DNA of 64,000 nucleotides, from positions 16,392 to 80,391 of the forward strand of contig CAMNLW010000001.1 of assembly GCA_946544115.1 (NCBI GenBank). Reading direction: 5' to 3'. The first letter of the stretch is position 1. Every line of letters starts with the position of its first letter. The notes under the pieces are model-generated. The model searched no databases, had not been told where the DNA came from, and saw only the letters and a program-made list of their open reading frames with translations. The position numbers and the translations under genes were made by a program. This DNA is from an uncultured Verrucomicrobiota bacterium (GTDB lineage: Bacteria > Verrucomicrobiota > Kiritimatiellia > RFP12 > UBA1067). Below are positions 25,874 through 34,400 of this stretch, in pieces.

Positions 25874-26878
25874 ATGACCGAGGAAAGGATGATAGCGCGC
25901 GCGAAGGAAGTCTTCGATATCGAGATCGAAGGCCTCCGCCGCACCCGTGACTCCGTCGGCGGCAGTTTCGCCGCCGCGGTGAAGATGATTATCGCCTGCG
26001 CCGCGCAGGGCGGCATAGTCGTCGTTTCGGGCGTCGGCAAGAATCTGCACATCGCCGAAAAGATGAGCGCCATCTTTTCGTCGACGGGCACGCGCTCCAT
26101 CGTTCTCAACCCCGTGCAGGCGATGCACGGCGACCTCGGGATGGTTTCCGCCAAGGATATCCTGATAGCGCTCTCGTTCAGCGGCGAGAGCGACGAGATA
26201 CTTCGTCTCATACCTGCGATACGCCGGCACGGGCTAAAGGTCGTCTCCATGACCGGCCGTCCCGAGTCGACGCTTGCGTCGATGAGCGATGTACACATCG
26301 AGATCCCTTGCGGGAAGGAGGCCTGCCCTTTCGGGATGGCCCCCACGAACTCCACGACCGCCACCATGGCCATGGGCGACGCGCTCGCGATGACGCTTAT
26401 CGACGCGCAGAGGTTCTCTGTCGAGGAGTATGCGATGAATCACCCCGCCGGCGCTATCGGAAGGGCTCTCGTCATGAAGGTGACGGATGTCATGAGAACC
26501 GGCGGTCGTCTCGCGAAGATCGGTTCTTCTGCGACAGTGATGGAGTCGCTGATGGCTATGACCAGGGCCCAGGGCGGCGCGGCGGTCGTCGTCGGCGACG
26601 GCGACCGGCTTGTGGGTATTTTCACTGACGGCGATTTCCGCCGGGTCATGTCGGAGCGTCCCGCCTCCGGGGACGGCGCGGCCTGCACGGTAATGTCCGA
26701 GCCGGTGTCGAAGTACATGACGGTCTCGCCGATGTTCGTGCGCGACGATGTCTATGCGGCGGAGCTCTTGAAGATATTCGAGCGCAAGCGAATCGACGAC
26801 CTGCCTGTGTGCGATGCGGCCGGTCGCGTGGTGGGACTTGTCGACATACAGGACCTGCCGAAGATGAAAGTGATGTGA
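25874..26878 (+). CDS. kpsF: KpsF/GutQ-family arabinose-5-phosphate isomerase (SIS plus tandem CBS domains)
   Basis: SIS motifs VVVSGVGKNLHIAEKMSAIFSSTGT..ALSFSGESDE, followed by two CBS-like segments (VMKVTDVM..., VSKYMTVSP...). The 334-aa length is typical. Confidence 0.88.
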   Translation: MTEERMIARAKEVFDIEIEGLRRTRDSVGGSFAAAVKMIIACAAQGGIVVVSGVGKNLHIAEKMSAIFSSTGTRSIVLNPVQAMHGDLGMVSAKDILIALSFSGESDEILRLIPAIRRHGLKVVSMTGRPESTLASMSDVHIEIPCGKEACPFGMAPTNSTTATMAMGDALAMTLIDAQRFSVEEYAMNHPAGAIGRALVMKVTDVMRTGGRLAKIGSSATVMESLMAMTRAQGGAAVVVGDGDRLVGIFTDGDFRRVMSERPASGDGAACTVMSEPVSKYMTVSPMFVRDDVYAAELLKIFERKRIDDLPVCDAAGRVVGLVDIQDLPKMKVM

Positions 26879-26915
26879 AGCCTGTCAAATGGAACTTAAA
26901 GAAAGGAACGAAAAG

Positions 26916-27662
26916 ATGAACATCAAGAAGACAATGATTTTTGGTATCGCCGCTTTTGCGGCGGCGGCCGCCGTGGCCGCCACGACGACGCGTTCGTCAT
27001 ACGGGAAGAGGGGGGCGAAGGCCGCAGTCGCCGAGGAGTCCGAGGAAGGTCCTGAGGCGGAGGTGAAGATAGAGCGCTTCCCGATGCTCGGGAGGAGCGC
27101 CACCTTGAACGCGCCTTCTCTTTCTGGCGAGTCCACGATCGGCAATGTATTCACCAAGCCCCGCAAATGGATCGTTCTTGAAGCGAAGTATTCTACGTTC
27201 GACAGGATCGTCGACCAGCTTACATTCACCTGGCATGTGCTTCTCGACACGAGCACGGCGACGACCAAGGACAAGGCGGCTCTCGCCAAGCGCGCGCCGT
27301 ACTCGTACTTCTCGCAGACCGTCACCTACGCCAACATCCCCAAGGGCGCGCATGCCGCGAGCGTCTGCCTGCATCCGAGCTATCTTGAGCAGTTCGGCGA
27401 GCCCAAGGCCGTCGGTCTTGTCATCACGGATGCGAACGGCAAGGTTCTCGCCGGCGACTGCGAAAGCGAGATAAAGGGAATAGCCTCCCATCCGAAGTCC
27501 ATCGACATGGCGTTCTGGAACAACGACGAGATCATGAACAAGAAGAACCCGAAATCCGAATCGGGCGACTTGATGATCGAGCGCCGCCAGGGTCTGCAGG
27601 ACCGTTCCAAGACGATATGGGCGCTTGTAAACCCGAACGACTACGAGCTCGTGATACAGTAA
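26916..27662 (+). CDS. secreted hypothetical protein in the position of Amuc_1102-family pilus-like proteins
   Basis: Signal peptide MNIKKTMIFGIAAFAAAAAVAA. The assignment is by position only: it lies immediately upstream of the PilM-like gene, as Amuc_1102 does in Akkermansia. The track ORF starts at 26889; ATG 26916 has AAGGAA upstream. Confidence 0.55.
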   Translation: MNIKKTMIFGIAAFAAAAAVAATTTRSSYGKRGAKAAVAEESEEGPEAEVKIERFPMLGRSATLNAPSLSGESTIGNVFTKPRKWIVLEAKYSTFDRIVDQLTFTWHVLLDTSTATTKDKAALAKRAPYSYFSQTVTYANIPKGAHAASVCLHPSYLEQFGEPKAVGLVITDANGKVLAGDCESEIKGIASHPKSIDMAFWNNDEIMNKKNPKSESGDLMIERRQGLQDRSKTIWALVNPNDYELVIQ

Positions 27663-27686
27663 ACCCAGCAACGCGGCTTCTATCTT

Positions 27687-29318
27687 ATGGCAAAGAAATT
27701 CCTGACTCTAGACATAGGCGCGGCGACTGTCGCCCTTGCCGAGTACGAGAGCGGCGCGAAAGGCGCGCTGACGCTCCTCAACTACGGCACGGCCCAGCTT
27801 TCCGCGCCGCTCGACTCGGGCGATCCGGCGACGATTCTCGTGCCGGCGCTTATGGACATAGTCCGCGAGAAGGGCATCCGTCCCGGTCCTGTGGCGATTT
27901 CGCTTTCGGGGCAGATGGTGTTCCCTCGCTTCACCGCGATACCGGCCGCCGGCGGGCCGGACAGGTTCGAGCAGATGGTTCGCTACGAGATCGAGCAGAA
28001 TGTGCCGTTCCCGATAGACGAGATGGTGTGCGACAGGCAGATCCTGGGCGACACCGAGAACGGCGACAAGGCTGTGATGATTGTCGCGGCGAAGATCGAG
28101 CAGGTTGAGGCCATAACAGACGCCGTCGCCTCGGCGGGATTCCGTCCCGAGCTGGTCGACGTGGCGCCGCTGGCTTTCACCAATGCCGTGAGGGCTTCGA
28201 CCGGCGGCGACACGAGCTGCGCGATACTGCTTGACATAGGAGCCAAGACCACGTCGCTTGTAATAGTGGAGGACGACAAGGTCTACAACCGGTCGATCCC
28301 GATCGGCGGCAAGAACATCACGCGCGATATCTCGCAGGCGCTGGGCTGCACGGCCGAGGAGGCCGAGGCTCTCAAGATCGAGAAGGGATACGTCTCTCTC
28401 GGCGGTGTCGTCGAGGATGAAGACGAGGTTGCCGACCGCATATCGAAGGTATGCCGCGCGATCATGACCCGTCTTCAGGCCGAGATATCGAGGTCGGTCA
28501 ATTTCTACCGCAGCCAGCAGGGCGGCGGCGCGCCGGTGAAACTATACTTGACCGGCGGAACGGCTCTTCTGCCGCAGGTCGACCAGTTTTTCTCGGAGGC
28601 TCTCGGCATCGAAGTCGAATTCTTCAATCCGTTCGACTTCATAGGAGTCGGTTCGGCCGTGGACCAGGAGGCGCTCGGGTCCGACGGCGCTCTTCTCGCG
28701 CCGACGGCGGGTCTTGCGCTTCACATGACCGGCGCGTCGCGCTTTGCTATAAACCTTATACCTCCGTCGATCCTCGCAGCTCGCGCCGAGCGCGCGAAAA
28801 TACCTGTTGTCGCCGCCGCATCGGCGCTTTTTGTCGCCGCGCTCGCGCTCGTTTTCGTCGGCATCGGCCGTCAGTCCGAAGTCCTTGAAGCGCAGTATGA
28901 CGGCGTCGAGGCCAAGGTGAACGTGCTGAAGGGCTTCGAGACGAAGCTCAAGGCCGCAGAGAAAGGTGTTGAGGAGGCGCAGGCCTCCGCCGATGCGATA
29001 AAGGACCTTCTTGCGCGCAGGTATGCAGCTTCGGCCCGCTTGAGCGCCGTGCGCGGAGCCTTGGGACAGGGCATGTGGATCGAGAAGTGGGAGCCGGGCC
29101 GCGTCACCATGCGGGGATGGAAGGACAATCTCGACGTGATGACCGCCATACATGCAGAGCAGCACAACGGCAAAAAGCAGACGGCGTCTGAAATAGTCGT
29201 TGCGAAGCTCAAGGCGAACATCGCGGTCGTTCCCGAATCGGTTCGCATAGCCGATATGACCGCGCTCGGCAAAGATGCCGCGCTCGAGCAGTTCACAGTG
29301 GAGGTTAAGTTCAAATGA
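27687..29318 (+). CDS. PilM/GspL-like actin-fold pilus assembly protein with a C-terminal TM and periplasmic coiled region (Amuc_1101-type)
   Basis: N-terminus FLTLDIGAATVALAEYE, plus ILLDIGAKTTSLVIVED and LYLTGGTALLP (actin-like ATPase motifs as in PilM/FtsA). A TM helix IPVVAAASALFVAALALVFVGIG follows, then a PilN-like tail. Confidence 0.8.
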   Translation: MAKKFLTLDIGAATVALAEYESGAKGALTLLNYGTAQLSAPLDSGDPATILVPALMDIVREKGIRPGPVAISLSGQMVFPRFTAIPAAGGPDRFEQMVRYEIEQNVPFPIDEMVCDRQILGDTENGDKAVMIVAAKIEQVEAITDAVASAGFRPELVDVAPLAFTNAVRASTGGDTSCAILLDIGAKTTSLVIVEDDKVYNRSIPIGGKNITRDISQALGCTAEEAEALKIEKGYVSLGGVVEDEDEVADRISKVCRAIMTRLQAEISRSVNFYRSQQGGGAPVKLYLTGGTALLPQVDQFFSEALGIEVEFFNPFDFIGVGSAVDQEALGSDGALLAPTAGLALHMTGASRFAINLIPPSILAARAERAKIPVVAAASALFVAALALVFVGIGRQSEVLEAQYDGVEAKVNVLKGFETKLKAAEKGVEEAQASADAIKDLLARRYAASARLSAVRGALGQGMWIEKWEPGRVTMRGWKDNLDVMTAIHAEQHNGKKQTASEIVVAKLKANIAVVPESVRIADMTALGKDAALEQFTVEVKFK

Positions 29319-30325
29319 ACAAGTCGAAGATCATACTGGCTTCGGTAGGCGGCGTTGCGCTTACGGCGTCGCTCGTGCTCGCCTATCTGATATGGAGCGC
29401 GATGGCCGACAAGAGCGAGAGGGCGGCCGACCTTGACGGTGCCATCGCAACTGCCGACAGGCTTACAAGGCTTCCCGTGTATCCCGGGCCGGACGGAATA
29501 AAGGCCTACAACGCGAATGCCGAGACCTACAAGACATGGCGCGAAGACGCCGTAAAGATCGCTTCGGCCGGCGACATGGCTTTCGAATCTACGACGCCGC
29601 CGGCGTTCAAGGCGTTTCTTGTCGATGACGCGCGCAGGCTTTCGGCTCTGCCGGGAGCAGTCGACGGGAGGCTGGTCAAAGAGGATTTTCCGTTCGGCTT
29701 TAAAGACTACATAACCGGCGGCGTCTTGCCGGCCCAGGCCGATCTTGCGCGTCTGCAGCGGGAGTGGTATGATGTGTCGACCGTGATCGAGGCGCTTGCA
29801 AAGTGCGGCGTGAGCGAGGTTGTCGACGTGACCATCAAGCCGCCGACCCCGGTCCAGCCCGAGCAGACGGCCAAGAGCAGTAAAAAGAACAAAGGCAAGA
29901 AGCCCACCAAGGTGGAAAACAAGGATCAAGATCCGGTCGTGACGTGCTTCACTGTCGACTTCCGCACGCGTCCGGCAGGACTTGTCAACGCCATCAACGA
30001 GTTCATCACGTCTTCGCGCTTTGTCGTAGTGGACGATTTCTCTTTCACGCGCGAAAAGGACGATATCGCCGAGGCCATCGGCGGCGACGGCAAGAAGCAG
30101 CAGGAGTCGCAGCCTCGCGGCCGCCGCGGCCGCCGCGGCCGTGCGGCCGAGGAGGAAGAGACTCCCAGGCCCGAGGTCGAGAAGGGACAGAGCGTGGTGA
30201 CCGATCCCATGACAGCGTCTCTTTTAAGAGTGTCCATGACATTCTCGGTGTATGATTTCCGTTCGCTTGAGGGCGGCGCGGCGGAAGCCGGCGCAGACGC
30301 GGAGAAATCGGAGGAAGCGAAATGA
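29315..30325 (+). CDS. Amuc_1100-family pilus-like protein (PilO/GspM-position)
   Basis: N-terminal TM helix ILASVGGVALTASLVLAYLIW. Local motifs match my recollection of Akkermansia Amuc_1100:
- TPPAFKAFL vs TPTAFQNEL
- FGFKDY vs LGFQVY
- VIEALAKCGVSEVVDV vs LVNKLAECGLSKFIKV
- FVVVDDFSFTRE vs LFTVNSIRIRNE
ATGA overlaps occur at both ends of the gene. Confidence 0.7.
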   Translation: MNKSKIILASVGGVALTASLVLAYLIWSAMADKSERAADLDGAIATADRLTRLPVYPGPDGIKAYNANAETYKTWREDAVKIASAGDMAFESTTPPAFKAFLVDDARRLSALPGAVDGRLVKEDFPFGFKDYITGGVLPAQADLARLQREWYDVSTVIEALAKCGVSEVVDVTIKPPTPVQPEQTAKSSKKNKGKKPTKVENKDQDPVVTCFTVDFRTRPAGLVNAINEFITSSRFVVVDDFSFTREKDDIAEAIGGDGKKQQESQPRGRRGRRGRAAEEEETPRPEVEKGQSVVTDPMTASLLRVSMTFSVYDFRSLEGGAAEAGADAEKSEEAK

Positions 30326-31434
30326 GTTCACGCATTGGAGGAAATTTCTTTACGGCCCACTACGACTGGATCGTTGCGGGGGTCGCGGTGGTGGCGTTTG
30401 CCTGCGCCGTGGTGTTTTTCACGGGCGCGCTTGAGGAGGACGCCGACGCGCAGACCGCGGCGGCCGTTCGCAGGATAGAGTCGCGCAAGCCCGATGGAAG
30501 CGGCGTGAAGCCTGCCGACATGGAGTGGTATGCGCGGATCACCAAGCTTGCCAAGGCGCCGCTCACCATGAATCCCGTCAATGAAAAAGGCGGCAGTTTC
30601 CTCGCGAGCGACCGTCGCGTGTTCTGCGTAAAGCAGGAATGCCGCGCTCCGATTCCGCCGGCGACGAAGATCTGTCCGTACTGCAACGAACCCCAGCCCG
30701 AGGAGCAGGCGCCGGTCGCGGTGCTCGACGCCGACGGTGACGGCCTGCCGGACGAGTGGGAGCGCAAGTACGGTTTGTCGCCGAGCGATGCTGGCGACGC
30801 CGACGCGGACGCCGACGGCGACGGCTTCACGAACGCCGAGGAATTTGCGGCGGGTACGAATCCGACAGATCGCAACGATCACCCGGACTATCTCGATTCC
30901 ATCAAGATCGCGCTTCCTCTCAAGGAGACGGTGCTGCCTTTCTTCCTGCAGTCGTATCAGAAGAGTCCAGCCGGGATGAGGCTCGACCTCTTCGACCCGA
31001 AGAAGCGCAACGACTACGGAACGCTCGGAAAGTCGTACCTCACGCTCGTCGGCCAGGACGTCGGCGACACTGGCTTCACGGTCAAGAGCTTCGAGAAGAA
31101 GGAGAAGCGCGTCAAGGTCGCCGGCGGCGGCGGCGCGGTGAAATCGGTGGACGTCTCGTACGCAGTCATAGTTCGCAAGAGCGACGGCAAGGAAATAAGG
31201 CTGTCGATCACCGCGCAAGGAAAGCCCAGACGTGTGCCGATCGACGTGCAGGCCCGGCTGCTGTACGAGCGCGGCGAGACGAAGGAGTTCCTGGTGGTGC
31301 CGGGCGATACGATCGACCTAAATGGAACGAAGTATTCAATCAAGGCGATCAACCGCCTGTCCAATGGCGCGTCGGTGACATTCGAGCACTCTACGCTCGG
31401 AACGACGCGGACACTTCAAGCACTTGAATCGTAA
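30322..31434 (+). CDS. membrane protein with a Zn-ribbon-like Cys pairs and TSP3-type Ca-binding repeats (Amuc_1099 position)
   Basis: TM helix WIVAGVAVVAFACAVVFFTG. Cys pairs in CVKQECRAPIPPATKICPYC. DADGDGLPDEWERKYGLSP..DADADGDGFTNAEEFAAGTNPTD. Confidence 0.75.
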   Translation: MSSRIGGNFFTAHYDWIVAGVAVVAFACAVVFFTGALEEDADAQTAAAVRRIESRKPDGSGVKPADMEWYARITKLAKAPLTMNPVNEKGGSFLASDRRVFCVKQECRAPIPPATKICPYCNEPQPEEQAPVAVLDADGDGLPDEWERKYGLSPSDAGDADADADGDGFTNAEEFAAGTNPTDRNDHPDYLDSIKIALPLKETVLPFFLQSYQKSPAGMRLDLFDPKKRNDYGTLGKSYLTLVGQDVGDTGFTVKSFEKKEKRVKVAGGGGAVKSVDVSYAVIVRKSDGKEIRLSITAQGKPRRVPIDVQARLLYERGETKEFLVVPGDTIDLNGTKYSIKAINRLSNGASVTFEHSTLGTTRTLQALES

Positions 31435-31452
31435 CCAAAATTAGAGTATAAT
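31424..31452 (+). promoter_or_regulatory. near-consensus sigma70-type promoter for the secretin gene (TTGAAT-17 nt-TATAAT)
   Basis: The -35 element lies inside the last codons of the upstream gene. The -10 is 35 nt upstream of ATG 31488, with AAGGAG in between. Confidence 0.55.
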
Positions 31453-31487
31453 ACACTCAGACTTTGAACAAGGAGCATGAGATCGTT

Positions 31488-34400
31488 ATGACGAATCTGA
31501 AAAAAACCGCCGCCGTCAGCGTGGCCGCTGCCGTCATTGCCTGCGTACCGTTTGCGTTCGCACAAGACGACCTGGATGACTTGCTGAAAGATCTCGAAAG
31601 CGATCTTGCAGCCGAAACCGCCCCGGCGGAGGCCGTCGCGCCTGCGACAGTTGAAGAGCCTGTCGCCGAGGAACCAACGGCTGAGGAGCCTGTCGCTGAA
31701 GAGCCTGCCGCCGTGGAGCCAGTCGCCGACGAACCTGCACAGGAAGAACCCGCTGCCGAAGAACCCGCGGTCGAGGAACCTGCGCAGGAAGAACCTGCGG
31801 TCGAGGAGCCTGCAACGGAAGAGCCTGCTGTCGTCGCGCCTGCCGCTGAAGAACCGGTTGCGGTTGAACCGGCTGCCGAGGAGCCTGCCGTCGAAGAGCC
31901 TGCTGCGGCCGAACCCGAGCCTGCAGTTGTTGATGCAGGCCCTGTGGCTGTCGCGCCTGTTCCTGCGCCTGCGGCTGCGCCTGTCGATCCCGACGCCGAG
32001 CTTCTGGACAATCTGCGCACTACGGAGCGTCTGCGCCGCGAAGCATATGATGAACAGGCAAAGCGTGAAATCGTTGCTGCCCGCAAGAGCATGTCCGAGG
32101 GCGCTTATGATGACGCCACGCGCGCCTATGGCAATGCGCTCAAGCTTCTCAATGACAGTCCGGCGACCAAGGATCTCCGCCGCGAGTGCGAGCAGGGTAT
32201 TGCCGAGGGGCAGTACCGCCAGGCTCTCGAGGAGGAGCGTCTCGGGCGGCGCGAGAATGCCGTTGAGATGATGGAGAAAGCCAAGGCCCTGCGTCATCCC
32301 AAGGCCCGTCGCCAGCTTGAGGCCTGGAACAAGACGACCGACCCGAACGCCAACAAGACGGCGATCTCCGATGTCCGCCACCGCCGTAACGATGCGGACT
32401 ACAAGGCGCAGCGCGAGAAGAACCGCCGCCACCTGAGGCGCGCGCGCCAGCTCCTGTCGGTAAGGGATATCGACAAGGCTCTTGACGAGTGCGAGCTCGT
32501 GCTTGTGAACGACCCCTACAACCAGGAAGCGATTCGTCTAAGGGGCGCAATCCAGAAGAAGCGCGCGTTGATTCTCAATCAAGAGTTCAATGTGACGCGC
32601 GACGCCATGATCGCCGATGTCGACAAGGCGTGGCGGCCGGTGTATGCGCCAAACGCGCGCCAGCTCGAGGAGTCGGCTTCGTCTACGCTCAAGCGCTCGG
32701 TCGGCGACGATCCCGAGCGTTCGGTGGAACAGTCTATCATCCAGCGCATGAAGGAGATCGTCCTTCCCACGATTTCGTTCAAGCCGCCGGCGACGATTAT
32801 TCAGGCGATTGAAACATTCCGCACCTATTCAAAGGACTTCGACCGCCCCGACATTCCGCTTGAAGAGCGCGGTTTCAACTTTGTCGTGAAGATGCCCGAC
32901 GCGCTTCTTTCCAAAACATCGGAGCAGAGCGCCGACGACTCCGACGATTTCTCGTCGACCGGCGACGAGACCGATTCCAGCCAGGCGGGAGTGCCTATAA
33001 TACCGATGATCACGGCCAACGCCATCAGCTTCTACGACGCGCTCAAGCTTGTGTGCGATTCGGTCGACTACAAGTTCCAGGTAAAGGGGCCTGTCGTAAT
33101 GGTCATGCACAAGGATCAGGCGATCGACGAGATGATCACGCGCCAGTATCCTGTAATGGCCGCCTTCATGGAGAAGATGGATACCGTCTCCAACGATGTA
33201 AAGGAGATGGGGCTCGGCTTCGGCGGCGGCAGGTCCAACAGTCGCGGCGGCGACAGCGAGGAGGAGAACAAGGAGCAGGATTGGAAGGGCGTCTTCTCGG
33301 CTCTTGGTGTCCAGTGGCCCGAAGGCAGCACGATCTTCTATATGAAGGCGACGGGCAAGCTGTATGTCAAGAATACAGAGGAAAACCTTGCCGAACTTGA
33401 AAAGGCGCTTATCGCGCTCAACGCCGAACAGAAGCTTATCGAGATCGAGGCGCGCTTTGTCGAGGTTAGCCAGCAAGACCTCAACTCCCTCGGCTTTGAG
33501 TGGATACTGAACAGCAACTACACCCTCGGCAGCGGCGGCTGGCTCGGTCGCAAGCTCGGCATGAAGAAGGGCGGTTGGGGCGAAGGCTATAAAGCGCAGA
33601 CGCAGCCGATTCCGGTCAAAAACGCAGATGGTACTATTAGTAGTGTTGACACCACAACCTATACTGGCGACGGCAACACCTCGTGGCGCAAGACCGGGCT
33701 TGTCAACGGCACGCCTACGCGTCTTAACAGCGGTATTGCGGGTATTAACTCGATGGGCGGCGAGAACGCCACGTTCGGCGACGTGAACCGCTATCTCTCG
33801 CGCACGGGCAATGCCGTTTCGGGGCAGGACCAGTCGTCCAACGACCAGTTCATGAAGGTGAACGCGTTCCTCGGCTCGGCCGATCTCTCGATGATTCTCC
33901 ATATGCTTTCGCAGCGCACCGACACGGATCTCCTTTCCGCGCCGAAGGTGCTCACGCGCCCGGGTGAGAACGCGGTCATCAAGGTCGTCACCGAGTACAT
34001 CTACCCGACAGACTACAATGTGCAGCTGCAGTCCAGCTCGTCCTCGGGATCCAGTTCGAACGGCGGCAGCCAGTCGGCGATTCTTGCCGTGGTCGAGCCG
34101 GAGCAGTTCGAAACGCGCGAAGTCGGCGTAATCCTCGATGTAACCCCGACGCTCACGGATGACGGCAACTTGATCGACCTCAAGCTTGATACGAAGGTCG
34201 TCGACGAGCCTACATGGAAGAACTACGGTATGAAGATTCCGTATTCCGGCAACAGTTCGTCGCTGCAGAGCTTCGAGGGTATCGGCGAAATCTTCTCGTC
34301 GCTGGCTGAGTTGATCACTGATGTCGGTGGTGAGCTTACGACCAGCACGCGCCAGATGATTGTCGACAACGCTACAAGTTCTGCAATCAGCGCCATGGAT

